A stretch of 64,000 nt of DNA from an uncultured Bacteroidota bacterium (GTDB lineage Bacteria; Bacteroidota; Bacteroidia; AKYH767-A; 2013-40CM-41-45): assembly GCA_963775555.1 (NCBI GenBank), contig CAVZJJ010000002.1:578889-642888 (forward strand), in the 5' to 3' direction. The translations under genes and the position numbers were made by a program. Shown piece by piece: positions 49,463 to 60,031 of the stretch (the first letter of the stretch is position 1; each line of letters opens with the position of its first letter). The notes beneath the pieces are model-generated. The model worked only from the letters and a program-made list of their open reading frames with translations, had not been told where the DNA came from and ran no database searches.

Positions 49463-51776
49463 ATGTATTTCAGGCCTCAAATTATTTTTTTACTACTGGC
49501 ATTATTTGTATGCTTTTCATCAGTCGCAATGGGTCAGACGTATACTATGACAAGCGGAACGGATGAATACTTGCAGTGGCACATTTTATGATCCCGGGTG
49601 GAACATCAAATTATACCAACAATTTAAATGTTACCCAGATCTTTTGCGCTACCGCAGGAAATTGTATTTCTTTTACTTTCACCTCATTCAGAACACAGGG
49701 AGGAAATGATATCCTTACAATTTATGATGGTCCCAGCACTGCTTCTCCTTTAATCGGAAGTTTTTCAGGCACTACATCTCCCGGAATTGTTAGCTTCAAC
49801 ATCCGGTTGTCTTACTTTTCGCTTTGTCACCAATGGCAGTAATACACGACCGGATGGACGGCAAACATTTCTGTGCTCCATGTGGTTCAACTTATCTTAT
49901 TAAATAATAATACTTCTGTGAATACATGCGGAGGTTTGTTTTATGATAGTGGAGGTCCTTCAGCAGATTATGGTAAGTTCGATAATTTTACAAAAACATT
50001 TTGTTCGAATTCAGGAAATTGTCTGAAGATGATTTTTACAAGTTTTGCATTCTACGTTCAGGTGATATCATGACGATTTATGATGGGCCTACTACAGCTT
50101 CACCACTTATAGGGACCTATTCCAGAATTCACCTATTCCGGGAACAATATTTTCAAGTACAGGATGCCTCACGTACGGTTTGTTTCAAATGGTAACATCC
50201 AATAGCATGCGGGTTGGGCAGCAACAATATCTTGTGAGGTTTGTCCAACTCCTCCGGGAGCAGTAAATTATACTGCATCCGACAACAGGATTACAAAACA
50301 GTAATGTAGGAACAAATATGGTTGCCACTTGCGGTGGAACCTATACTGATAATGGAGGTGCGGAGTCAAATTATTCAGACAACATTAACTATGTCTATCG
50401 AACTTTTTGTCCTGACCAGGCAGGAAAATGTTTGCGAGCGAATTTTTGGTCATTTTCTACCGAATCAGGATTTGATTATTTGAACATTCTAAATGGACCA
50501 ACACAAAATAGTCCGCAGTTTGGTGCAGGTTCCAGTTGGTCAGGAACAGCAACAACTTATCAGGCAACAATGGGTGCGGGAATGGGGCCATATACTTCAA
50601 CTGATCAAAGTGGTTGTTTCACATTTCGATTTAATTCTGATAACACTATAAATCTTCCGGGATGGGTAACAACATTTGATTGTGTTCCTTGTGCAAATGG
50701 ACCGAATGGAACCGATAATAGTGACTTGCAACACTTCTACTCCGATCTGTACTGATCAAAGTTTTACGGATGCGAGTACGGGTCCCGGAATTGTTTCTGA
50801 TGGAGGGGGCGGATGTGTGCTTGCGGAGAATTTTAGCAATTGGTATAAAATTCTAATAACAATGGTGGTACTCTTGGTTTGCGAATTGTTCCCAATGTTA
50901 CTTCCGATGATTATGATTTTGCATTGTATCAGGCCGCTTCCTGTGGATCTCTGGGTTCACCGGTGCGTTGTTCCTATGCAGCGAATACAGGAAACACCGG
51001 GATGGACAATGCATTAAATCTATCTGTCAACTACAGCAGTATTGCGGAACCCCCAATAATGGTTCTGATACTCACGGAAGATGTATGTGGAAATGCCTGG
51101 ACTGATACCAAAGCCGTTATTACCGGTGAAACCTATTATCTCATGGTAAATAAATGGTCTCCCGGTGGAAGTGGTTTCACCCTGGATTGGATCTTAACAG
51201 GCGGAAGCACTTTGAATTGTTTCGTGCTTCCTATCGAACTCGTTGAACTTTACTGCGGAGTCGGAAGGTGATGTTGTGAATCTTGATTGGACAACCAGCT
51301 CGGAAATCAATAATGATTATTTTACAATTGAAAAAAGCAGGGACGCCAATGAATTTGTTCCCGTACAGATCGTTGATGGTGCAGGTAACTCTTCCATCAA
51401 TCTTCATTATAGTTCTGTTGACAGCAATCCATATAGTGGCATATCGTATTATCGACTTAAGCAGACTGACTATGACGGGAAAATTTCCTACTCCGAAAAA
51501 GTACCTGTCAAATTTGAATCGGGGAAGGAGAATTTCGTGATTTATCCCAATCCTGCCACGGAGGATATAGCGCTTGTGTTTTTCAATCAAAAGGCATTAG
51601 CGACATCTGTACGAATTCTTGACATGAAGGGAAGGACTGTTTACAGTGACAGGGTCGAAACCCATAAAGGCATGAATAAACTGGCTCTTGATTTGCCTGT
51701 TCTGGAATCTGGTGTCTATGTAGTTTATCTGGAAAATGAATTCAAGTCGGTGAAGCAGCGATTAGTGATTAACTGA
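49463..51776 (+). pseudogene. T9SS cargo protein with three CUB-like modules, frameshifted in several places
   Basis: Signal peptide MYFRPQIIFLLLALFVCFSSVAMGQ. There are three modules of pattern C.G.(F/Y).D.GG....Y........F C.....C....F.SF.......D.L.IYDGP...SPLIG...G. An intact C-terminal fragment, 51243..51776, ends IYPNPATEDIAL...GVYVVYL. Confidence 0.7.
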
Positions 51777-52079
51777 TTAAATGGTTTGCTAACTCTGTAC
51801 AAGTTCTATTAGCACCAAATTGAACACAAAGAAAATTAGATACCCTTCCAGCTGTTCGTCCCCGGAAATCATTCCATAGCCGGATTCTGTCTTGATACGA
51901 AAAAGACAGGATAAAGCCTGCATTTCTAACAATTAACTATCATTTTTGCTTTAAATACACTTTAAACGTATTTTATATTATCATTAATTTCATTTTAAAG
52001 CCCCTTTATTTAACTGCATTTTGTAAGAAGCACAGGCATTTTAGGCTCACAATTCGTGTCCGGAAACGTATAGTCTTGG

Positions 52080-52454
52080 ATGAAAACAAAATTAATTGGC
52101 ATCATCGGGGCCGGAATCCTTATGTTTCTGAGATGTTCGGGGGCAGCTGCTCAGACGCCTGTATACCCGAATTATGCATCGAATATTGATCAGATTAAGG
52201 GAGATGGCGCAGCTGCCGCTCCGGGAACTTATCAATTTATCGTAATTCCATCTGAAAGCGGAGACCCCTTTACACGGGATATCCTCGTCATGATTGAAAG
52301 TTACAGGGATGACGCAGAGGATAGACTGCTTCCACTTACCCAATATACAAAAGTCCGCATTCCTTCCCGGACTGCAATTCAGAATCCCGGCTTTAAACCC
52401 TTGAAAGAAATTGTTTATACCCCCAATAATAAACCGCTCAGCCAATCCAAATGA
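52080..52454 (+). CDS. Small secreted protein of unknown function
   Basis: 124-aa ORF with a signal peptide (MKTKLIGIIGAGILMFLRCSGAAAQ). Its stop overlaps the next gene's start by 4 nt (ATGA). Confidence 0.55.
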   Translation: MKTKLIGIIGAGILMFLRCSGAAAQTPVYPNYASNIDQIKGDGAAAAPGTYQFIVIPSESGDPFTRDILVMIESYRDDAEDRLLPLTQYTKVRIPSRTAIQNPGFKPLKEIVYTPNNKPLSQSK

Positions 52455-53953
52455 AAAAAAAGTCAGGATTCATTTTCGCATTATTCATCGCAAGTAAAAT
52501 CTGTTTTGCCCAGGATGGATCTTCCTGTGAAAAGCCATTGATCATTTTTCCATCGTCAAGCTGCGAGAATAGTGATGGAATAATATTCTATGGAAACATG
52601 CAATGTCCTACTGCAGATTGTTCTTCCTACATCACCATGAGCGGTTCCTCGGGTAACCTGGATCCCGATTGTAGTCCGGATAATGAAAAGATACAATCAG
52701 CAGTTTGGATAAAAGTGAGGGCCACTGCGGAAAACTTTACCATCAATAATGGAATGCCCTATATCGGTTCCGGGGCTGCAAATGCCAATACAAAAGATTA
52801 TACAGTGTATACGGGGACTTGTGGCAACTTAACACAAATTGAGTGTCACACCCTTATCGCGAATTCCTCTGCTACCATTACCGGACTGGTGACAGGGCAA
52901 GATTATTTCATTATGGCTTCCCCTGCTACTACCCACACTTCAGCTAACGCTATAAGTATGTGTATTACGAGTACTGTAGCCTACGAGGCCCCCGGCAACT
53001 CCTGTTCGCAGGCTTTAGAGTTGACAATAAATAGTATATACACCTTTAATAACGCGGGTGCCACAACTGACGGCCCTTCCACACCGGTTTCGATGGAGAA
53101 CAACACCTGGTACAAGTGGGAAACGCCTTCCGATTGGCCTGGAGGGCAATCGGCATTTGTTCGTCTCTTTGAGCCGGTATGTAATTCTTCAGAAGGATTG
53201 CAGGCATTTGTTTGGACCACCAACGGTGCTTGTCCCGGAATTTCGGATAAGCCTTCGCCAATCAGTAAAATATCTGGAACTTCACCCGAGTATTATTATC
53301 AGTGGACTCCTCAGGTCAATACGAGTTATTATATCTCTGTGGATGGTTATGCGGGAACAGCATGCGAGTTTAATCTTCAAATTGGTGCTCAATCAACAGT
53401 CCCCGTCAATCTTATCAGTTTCGATGCAAGAAGTGACGGAAACTCTGTCCTCTTGACCTGGCTGACTTCGGAGGAAACAAACAATAGTTTTTTTACGCTG
53501 GAGAAAAGTCGTGATGGCCGGAATTTTTTACCCTTGAATACCGTCGAAGGCGCAGGAAAATCTACGACCGACAGAACTTACAACAGCCGGGACGAATATC
53601 CATTTACAGCAGTAAACTACTACCGCTTAAAGCAGACAGACTCCCGGGGGCATTATACATATTCAAAGAATGTAGCTGTTGACGTGAAGGGTGAGGGTCG
53701 CATATTTCATGCTCGTAGCAGTATGAAGGGAGATAATATTGATATTGGCTACTTCAGCACGGAGAAAGAGCCGGCAATACTTCGTATAATGGATAAGTCG
53801 GGCCGGCAATTGTACTGCATGAACCTGCAACTATCACAAGGACGAAATGATTACAAGATTCATTCACAGTTTTTTTCAGAGGGAACTTACCAGATAAAAC
53901 TTGAAACACCTACTGCAATCCTGTCGAAAGACATCTTACTGGAAGAAGAATAG
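52451..53953 (+). CDS. Secreted Cys-rich protein with an EKSRD/YRLKQTD module and a T9SS-like C-terminal domain
   Basis: 500-aa ORF with a signal peptide. It shares the module F(T)(L/I)EKSRD...F.P(L/V)..V.GAG.S......Y...D..P.....YYRLKQTD..G...YS..V.V with the C-terminus of the preceding gene (51243..51776). Confidence 0.65.
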   Translation: MKKKSGFIFALFIASKICFAQDGSSCEKPLIIFPSSSCENSDGIIFYGNMQCPTADCSSYITMSGSSGNLDPDCSPDNEKIQSAVWIKVRATAENFTINNGMPYIGSGAANANTKDYTVYTGTCGNLTQIECHTLIANSSATITGLVTGQDYFIMASPATTHTSANAISMCITSTVAYEAPGNSCSQALELTINSIYTFNNAGATTDGPSTPVSMENNTWYKWETPSDWPGGQSAFVRLFEPVCNSSEGLQAFVWTTNGACPGISDKPSPISKISGTSPEYYYQWTPQVNTSYYISVDGYAGTACEFNLQIGAQSTVPVNLISFDARSDGNSVLLTWLTSEETNNSFFTLEKSRDGRNFLPLNTVEGAGKSTTDRTYNSRDEYPFTAVNYYRLKQTDSRGHYTYSKNVAVDVKGEGRIFHARSSMKGDNIDIGYFSTEKEPAILRIMDKSGRQLYCMNLQLSQGRNDYKIHSQFFSEGTYQIKLETPTAILSKDILLEEE

Positions 53954-54100
53954 CTTAGTTCTTAAACTCCTGCTTGATCAGCAGGCAGTCCGGCAATTGT
54001 AAAATGCTGATCTAATTTTCATATTTATATCTTTGGGCATTCAAAGAAGAAACACTTCCATAGCAGGGGTGGTTCAATAAAATCTTTAAATACCCATTCC

Positions 54101-55957
54101 TTGAAACAACAGCTCCTTTCTCTTTTCAGGATTGTATGTTATTATATTCTCTTTTTTGCTTTATGGAGAATGATTTTCCTGTTGTTTAACAGTAATCACC
54201 AGGTACTGTTTACGTGGAGCGAATCCGCCTTAGCTTTCCTTCATGGTGCCCGGATGGACTTCTCGGTAGTTTGCTACCTTTTGATAATTCATGCTTTGAT
54301 TTTGTTTTTCCTGCCATGGAAGCCGGTAGCATACCTGTATAAAAATATAAATTTTTATCATCGATTGCTTATCCTGGTACTTACCATTCTGCTTTCAGCC
54401 AATGTGCTTGTTTTTCATTTCTGGGGAAACCTGCTCAACTATAGGGCTCTTTCTTACCTCGCCGACCCCGTTCAGGTGCTCCATTCTCTGAGTACGCTTC
54501 AAATGTTCGCTGTGTTAGCGAGTCTGGTAGCTATGGTATTATTTTCCTGGTATGTTTATCGAAAAACTGTCGCTTTACCGGTTTATCATCCCGGCAAGTA
54601 TTCTTTTTTATCGCGTTCTGTTACACTCATCCTGGTTTCTCTTGTACTTGTCTTCGGTATCCGTGGGGGATGGCAGATGCTTCCGATGAACGAAAGTCTC
54701 GTTGCATATTCATCAAACAACTTTTTGAATCAAGCTGCTCTAAATCCCGCCTGGCATTTGATGAATGACGTGAAAATAGCCGGACTTACTGAAAGCAATC
54801 CATTTAATAAAATGGAAAATAGTGTTGCGGATGGGATCGTGAAGGAGTTGATGTCGGTCGATGAAGATTCAATGGAGCAGGTCTTGAGTAATACACAACC
54901 CAATATCGTTTTAATTATTTTGGAAAGTCATACGGCTGATGTAATTGGCTCTCTGGGTGGGGAGAAAAAAGTTTCGCCCAATCTTGATACTCTCATTGGC
55001 GATGGACTTCTTTTTTCATCTGTAATTTCAAGTGGTGCCCGCACGGATCAAGGAATCGTATCGGTGTTGAATGGATGGCCTGCAACTCCCTATCACAGTA
55101 TTATGCGCTCCCTGGAAAAATCTGCCCGGCTACCATCGTTGCCAAAAGATTTGAAGGCAAAAGGATATCATACCTCTTTTTATTACGGAGGCGAAAGTAA
55201 TTTTTCAAATCTCAACGTTTACCTGATTGGACAAGGCTTTGATGCCATTCACGAGAAGAAGGATTTTCCCGACAGTATACCTCATGGAAAATGGGGGATT
55301 TATGATGAATTGATTTTTCAACATCAAAGAGAAGATCTCAACAAATCGGCTCAGCCATTTTTTTCGGTACTGATGACCTTGAGCAACCATGAACCTTTTG
55401 ATGTGCCGGAACCTACACGTTTTCCCGGAAACTCGGAAGCAGACCGTTTTCGCAATGCTGCCGCATATACGGATGCCTGTATAGGAAAATATATGCAGGA
55501 CGTCAGGAAAGAACCCTGGTATCCCAATACGCTTTTCATCTTTGTTGCTGATCATGGCCACCGCCTGCCATTTTACCGGGATGAGGTTTTTCCAAACACG
55601 AAACATATTCCACTCTTGTTTTATGGAGATGTATTGCTTCCTCAATTCAAGGGAAAGAGAGTAAGTAAAATGGGCGGTCACCATGATCTCCCTGCAACTC
55701 TTCTGCCGCAAATGCATATGGATGCCTCTGCATACACCTGGAGTAAAAATCTTCTTTCCAGCGGCACGAAGAGTTTCGCCTATTACCAGATAGAATACGT
55801 GATGGGTTGGATAGAAGGGAAAGATTATTTTGTGTATTCTTATCCGAGAAACGACCTGCTGGTAGACAGCATTTATACCAAATCACAGCATGATGCTTTG
55901 GTCCAACGCGGACAGGCATTTATTCAGAAGCTGTATGGAGAATATTTGGATTATTAG
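54101..55957 (+). CDS. LTA synthase family / sulfatase-domain phosphotransferase (alkaline-phosphatase superfamily), membrane-anchored
   Basis: 618-aa ORF with a TTG start in the ORF track. It has five or so N-terminal TM helices, then NIVLIILESHTAD (metal/nucleophile site), SNHEPF and FVADHG, which are typical of the LtaS/OpgB-like sulfatase fold. Confidence 0.8.
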   Translation: MKQQLLSLFRIVCYYILFFALWRMIFLLFNSNHQVLFTWSESALAFLHGARMDFSVVCYLLIIHALILFFLPWKPVAYLYKNINFYHRLLILVLTILLSANVLVFHFWGNLLNYRALSYLADPVQVLHSLSTLQMFAVLASLVAMVLFSWYVYRKTVALPVYHPGKYSFLSRSVTLILVSLVLVFGIRGGWQMLPMNESLVAYSSNNFLNQAALNPAWHLMNDVKIAGLTESNPFNKMENSVADGIVKELMSVDEDSMEQVLSNTQPNIVLIILESHTADVIGSLGGEKKVSPNLDTLIGDGLLFSSVISSGARTDQGIVSVLNGWPATPYHSIMRSLEKSARLPSLPKDLKAKGYHTSFYYGGESNFSNLNVYLIGQGFDAIHEKKDFPDSIPHGKWGIYDELIFQHQREDLNKSAQPFFSVLMTLSNHEPFDVPEPTRFPGNSEADRFRNAAAYTDACIGKYMQDVRKEPWYPNTLFIFVADHGHRLPFYRDEVFPNTKHIPLLFYGDVLLPQFKGKRVSKMGGHHDLPATLLPQMHMDASAYTWSKNLLSSGTKSFAYYQIEYVMGWIEGKDYFVYSYPRNDLLVDSIYTKSQHDALVQRGQAFIQKLYGEYLDY

Positions 55958-56049
55958 AAAAAGTTAAAGAAACAGATGTCTTTTTCTTCGTACAGAATAT
56001 ACTATACTGAAGAGAATGTTTACTATATTTAAAACCTCAATCAAAAACC

Positions 56050-57900
56050 ATGAAAAGACTTTATATATTATTTTGCATTTCCTTTCTTTTGTTTTCTGAT
56101 GTTCAGGCACAATGCCCCATTGACTTAGGGCCGGATATGTTTGTGTGTGCAAACTCACCAGTTGTATTGGATGCCGGCAGCGGATTTGTGAGTTATTTAT
56201 GGTCTACTTTAGAAACAACTCAATCAATACTGGTGATGGGTCCCGGAATTTACGGAGTAACGGTTACTGATGGATTAAGCAACACCTGCAGCGATTCGGT
56301 ATTCATTAACATGGCTCCCCCGATGTCAATAGCATTAACTTGCATTGATGCATCCTGCAGTTCATGTTCCGATGGAGCTATGCTTGCAACAGCAATAGGT
56401 GGAGCCCAACCCTTTACATATTTATGGAGTAATGGTGCAACCGGCAACGCGATTTACAGCCTCTCTCCCGGCACCTATTCATTGACTGTTGTGGATGCAT
56501 TTGGTTGCCAGATATCGGATAGTTGCACAATATATGCAGGAAGTCTTGGCACAGGACCTTTTCAAATTTCAGGGAATGTATACTATGACCTTGATAGTAG
56601 TGGAACTAAAGATCCCTCAGAAGGAGGCATCTCTTTGGTAAAAATTATCCTTTCACCTGATAATTTGGCTACGTTCACCGATTCAGCCGGGAATTATTTA
56701 TTTCTGGCCGATACCGGAATACACACTATATCCATCGTGCTTCTACCCAATTTGACGCTCTCTTCAGATTCAGTTACGTTCACAATTGATGCAATAGGAG
56801 GAACATATCCGGGAAACGATTTTGGTATTAATAGCCCTGTAAATGGCATACTTTCCTGTAACCTTACCGGGGGGAACCCACGTTGCAGCGGCATTGTTCC
56901 TTATTATATCCAAACCTCTCAATTCGTTTATACGAATACTCATTCAACAATAAAATTACTGCTTGATACGGCTGTAAATTATTATTTTTCTAATCCACCA
57001 GTGAGTTCAATCCAGGGTGATACATTAATTTGGGATTTGCCCGGAAACCTTGGATATACTGCATTAAATTTTCCGGTATATCTTCAATTACCGAACATAA
57101 TTGCTTACAACTTTTATACCTATTTGGAAACAACCCTACTTGACAGTAACGATGTAATTCTTAATGTATGTTCTGATACAATCAACCAAATCATCGCCTG
57201 TTCCTTTGATCCAAACGATAAGGCAGTTGAACCGGAAGGCTTCGGTCCACAGCATTTTACTTTCATTGATCAGGATCCTACCCTGGAGTATTTCGTCCGG
57301 TTTCAAAACACAGGAACCGATACTGCGTTTAAAGTTGTTATTCTCGACCAACTTGATCCGAATTTTGACATCAGCACCTTCGAATTGATTGGAAGCAGTC
57401 ACCCGGTTGCTGTTACACTTCTCGATCATCTTGCAGAATTTCGCTTTGATCCTATACTGTTGCCGGATAGTAATGTAAACGAGCCCGGAAGTCAGGGATA
57501 CATTCGCTTTCGTTGTAATCCTTTACAGCAGGCCAACGCTTATCTGTTGGAGAATACGGCAGATATTTATTTTGATGCCAATCCTCCTATTGTAACCAAT
57601 ACGGTTTTTAATACCATCACACTTTCAACAGGAATTGAAAAATTGAATTATCAGAACAATGGTCTTTTCATATATCCAAATCCTTTTAGTGAGAGTACTA
57701 CCATCAAATTTTCAAATGCACTGCGTGCTGAATGTGAGCTGAGCATCTATGACATCACAGCCAGAAAAGTAATAAGCAGAACAAGCCATGATGATTCTTT
57801 CAAAGTGGAGAGAGGAAACCTTAGCCAGGGGCTTTATTTCCTCAGGATAACAAACAGCGCAGATGGTGTTGAGAGTATAGGTAAATTTATAATCAGGTAA
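56050..57900 (+). CDS. T9SS cargo surface protein (SprB-like Cys repeats, a CnaB/carboxypeptidase-regulatory-like segment, and a conserved FDPNDK...VRFQNTGT domain)
   Basis: 616-aa ORF with a signal peptide. Features are CPIDLGPDMFVC..., FQISGNVYYDLDSSGTKDPSEGG, ACSFDPNDKAVEPEG...LEYFVRFQNTGTDTAF and the C-terminal IYPNPFSESTTIKF...GLYFLRI. Confidence 0.75.
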   Translation: MKRLYILFCISFLLFSDVQAQCPIDLGPDMFVCANSPVVLDAGSGFVSYLWSTLETTQSILVMGPGIYGVTVTDGLSNTCSDSVFINMAPPMSIALTCIDASCSSCSDGAMLATAIGGAQPFTYLWSNGATGNAIYSLSPGTYSLTVVDAFGCQISDSCTIYAGSLGTGPFQISGNVYYDLDSSGTKDPSEGGISLVKIILSPDNLATFTDSAGNYLFLADTGIHTISIVLLPNLTLSSDSVTFTIDAIGGTYPGNDFGINSPVNGILSCNLTGGNPRCSGIVPYYIQTSQFVYTNTHSTIKLLLDTAVNYYFSNPPVSSIQGDTLIWDLPGNLGYTALNFPVYLQLPNIIAYNFYTYLETTLLDSNDVILNVCSDTINQIIACSFDPNDKAVEPEGFGPQHFTFIDQDPTLEYFVRFQNTGTDTAFKVVILDQLDPNFDISTFELIGSSHPVAVTLLDHLAEFRFDPILLPDSNVNEPGSQGYIRFRCNPLQQANAYLLENTADIYFDANPPIVTNTVFNTITLSTGIEKLNYQNNGLFIYPNPFSESTTIKFSNALRAECELSIYDITARKVISRTSHDDSFKVERGNLSQGLYFLRITNSADGVESIGKFIIR

Positions 57901-57982
57901 AATCTGAAGCCTTTTTCACTCTGAAGAATTCTATCGGATCGTGTTTGTATGGGTGTCCGGCAGCTGAGTTGGCTGAATAATA

Positions 57983-58013
57983 GTTAAGCACCGTTCTTTT
58001 CAAAGTGCTTAAC
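57983..58013. terminator. Bidirectional terminator candidate between convergent genes
   Basis: Perfect 9-bp stem GTTAAGCAC (57983-57991) / GTGCTTAAC (58005-58013) with a 13-nt loop and A/T-rich flanks. It lies between the + gene end at 57900 and the - gene end at 58042. Confidence 0.5.
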
Positions 58014-58041
58014 GATAAATTTTCTAATACCTGACTTTGAA

Positions 58042-59139
58042 TTATCCCGAAACAGAAACGCCAATTAATTTTCCGATACCAAATGTGATGGCAGCTGCAG
58101 CCAGGCCAAACAAAACTTGTCTGAACCCTGAATACCAGACATTTTTACCGGTAAATAATGTAATGGCGGCACCAATTAAAAAAAGTCCGACCGCACTGAG
58201 AGCGACACTTATTACTACAGCTTTCATTCCACTGAGAAACATGAAAGGGATTACCGGAATCACCGCTCCTATGGCAAATAGAATGAATGAATACACCGCT
58301 GCTTCAACGGCAGAACCTTTCAATTCTTCAGCATTTATTCCCAACTCTTCTTGTACCAGTATTTCATGGGCATGACTTTTATCTTTAATGATATCTCCGG
58401 CCATCTGATAGGCTTGTGCTTCGGGGATACCTTTTGCGATATAGATTAATGCCAACTCTTTCATTTCACCTTCGGGATTAACTTCCAATTCCTCCATTTC
58501 AATCTGCATCTGGTTTTCATATAATTCCTGAGAACTCTTCACCGAAATCCATTCTCCCAATGACATGGATAGGGACCCGGCCAATAGTCCGGCAAGTCCG
58601 GCCAGTAAAACTCCTTCTTGTGCAGCAGTCGCTCCGGCAATTCCCATGACCAGGCTAAAATTAGATACCAGTCCATCGTTGCCTCCCAGCACAGCTGCTC
58701 TTATGGCATTCCCTCCAACGGAACGATGTCTGCTCTCGAATTTTGATATTTGAGTCCCGGTTACTTTTTTTTCCTTTTCAAGGATCGTGCGCAGTATGGT
58801 TACATGATTGGTTTCCGCTCCAGTTATTTTTTCTTTTCTGTTTTTCTTTTGGCTGATGATGGCATTCGAAATGCTTTTTTCAGTATCCATCAAAGAACCT
58901 AACACATAATCGTATCCGAATATTTTACCGATTGTGTTTAAGGTCTTTGCTCTCCAGGAGGGCAGCATTAATTTGTCGAGACTTATTTTTTCTTTTTTTG
59001 CGAAAGCTTCAGCATGGCTTTTTTCGATATTGCTCATTTCCTTGAACACATTTGCAATGACAGGATCAGCCTCGTGTTCAGCAAGTTTTTGATAAAGGAA
59101 GCAAGCATCAATTTCAGTTTGGATATTCTTGTTTTTCAT
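58042..59139 (-). CDS. VIT1/CCC1 family iron/manganese transporter with an N-terminal ferritin/rubrerythrin-like domain
   Basis: 365-aa ORF. The N-terminal four-helix-like region contains E..H pairs (EHEADP..., IEKSHAEAF). The VIT core reads RAAVLGGNDGLVSNFSLVMGIAGA, and there are C-terminal TM helices. Confidence 0.8.
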   Translation of the reverse strand: MKNKNIQTEIDACFLYQKLAEHEADPVIANVFKEMSNIEKSHAEAFAKKEKISLDKLMLPSWRAKTLNTIGKIFGYDYVLGSLMDTEKSISNAIISQKKNRKEKITGAETNHVTILRTILEKEKKVTGTQISKFESRHRSVGGNAIRAAVLGGNDGLVSNFSLVMGIAGATAAQEGVLLAGLAGLLAGSLSMSLGEWISVKSSQELYENQMQIEMEELEVNPEGEMKELALIYIAKGIPEAQAYQMAGDIIKDKSHAHEILVQEELGINAEELKGSAVEAAVYSFILFAIGAVIPVIPFMFLSGMKAVVISVALSAVGLFLIGAAITLFTGKNVWYSGFRQVLFGLAAAAITFGIGKLIGVSVSG

Positions 59140-59205
59140 TGGGTAGAATTTAAAAAGGATTTAAAAACAAAAGGCTAACATCATTCTTCTTCTTAAAGAG
59201 TAAAA

Positions 59206-59997
59206 TTAGACAGATATTCTGATCTCGTCACCGACTTTAATCAATTTTCCGACTTCAGTTGCCGGAATGCTACAATTCACCGTTAAGTAATAATAATGTC
59301 CATGTTCTTTCAATGTGGACCAATCTGGGAGTGTTTCGGCACGTCGTTTGGCAAAGGATTTTGCGAAACCATGTGTAACACTACCTGTGGTGGGATTTCG
59401 GGTTGGAACAACACATCTTGCCCTGGGACTCATTCCAATCATAGTAACATTGCCCACTTTAAATTCTACGCCATTTTCATTTATAGAAAACAAATGATCT
59501 TCCCAAAAAGCAGGTACACCTTCAATTTCAATATTTGCCCTGAACCGCTTTCTGGTTTCCTGTAGATTCATGCCATCATACCAGGAAGAAACAGCTTGCA
59601 AACTTTTTGAGGAAAGAATAGTGACGCCGCTAATGTCCGGTTCGTCTAAAAACCGACCTGTTTTATTTTGATGAAAGAATGCAGGGAAACCGAAGTAATC
59701 GCTCAGGTATGATTGTATGGCTGATCTTTCATTTTCTATATGAAAGAGATTCCAATTGCTTTCGTGTTCAGCACGAAATGATACCGTATCATTTATAAAA
59801 TTGAGAGTTGATCGCAACGAATGAACGAGAGGGGTGCTTTTTCCTGCAATAAAATTTCCTGCTTCATCCATGATGGCAAATTCCCTGTCATGCAACAAGC
59901 AGCCACCTTCTGCCACAATTGCTTTTTCTAAATCAATTCCATCCAGTGACTTTATGGGATAAATGGTTATTCTGCTAAGAACAGCTTCTGTTTTCAT
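59206..59997 (-). CDS. MOSC domain-containing protein (MOSC_N beta-barrel plus MOSC)
   Basis: 263-aa ORF with RITIYPIKSLDGI at the N-terminus and a C-terminal MOSC-like segment with the conserved Cys (SPRARCVVPTRNPTTG). Confidence 0.8.
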   Translation of the reverse strand: MKTEAVLSRITIYPIKSLDGIDLEKAIVAEGGCLLHDREFAIMDEAGNFIAGKSTPLVHSLRSTLNFINDTVSFRAEHESNWNLFHIENERSAIQSYLSDYFGFPAFFHQNKTGRFLDEPDISGVTILSSKSLQAVSSWYDGMNLQETRKRFRANIEIEGVPAFWEDHLFSINENGVEFKVGNVTMIGMSPRARCVVPTRNPTTGSVTHGFAKSFAKRRAETLPDWSTLKEHGHYYYLTVNCSIPATEVGKLIKVGDEIRISV

Positions 59998-60031
59998 AAG
60001 ATTTCAGAACTTCATGATTCTGCCTGGCGGA

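Noticed and set aside
26075-51776. Interpreting the frameshifted genes as programmed ribosomal frameshifting, or as genuine genome decay in a reduced or symbiotic lineage
   Set aside because: There are too many shifts per gene (up to about 10 in dxs), in both directions and without slippery-site or structure patterns, for programmed events. Genuine decay would not spare about 40 other genes completely while destroying essential cysS, asnS and dxs. Uneven consensus quality is more parsimonious, but it needs read-level confirmation.
55205-55717. A 170-aa minus-strand ORF, plus other antisense ORFs such as 477..731, 949..1239, 12832..13116, 40640..41329 and 48193..48552
   Set aside because: Each lies entirely inside, and antisense or out of frame to, a much longer ORF with clear family motifs (LTA synthase, surface protein, polA, cysS, dxs). 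Their sequences are low-complexity or odd in composition and carry no recognisable motifs, so they are shadow ORFs.
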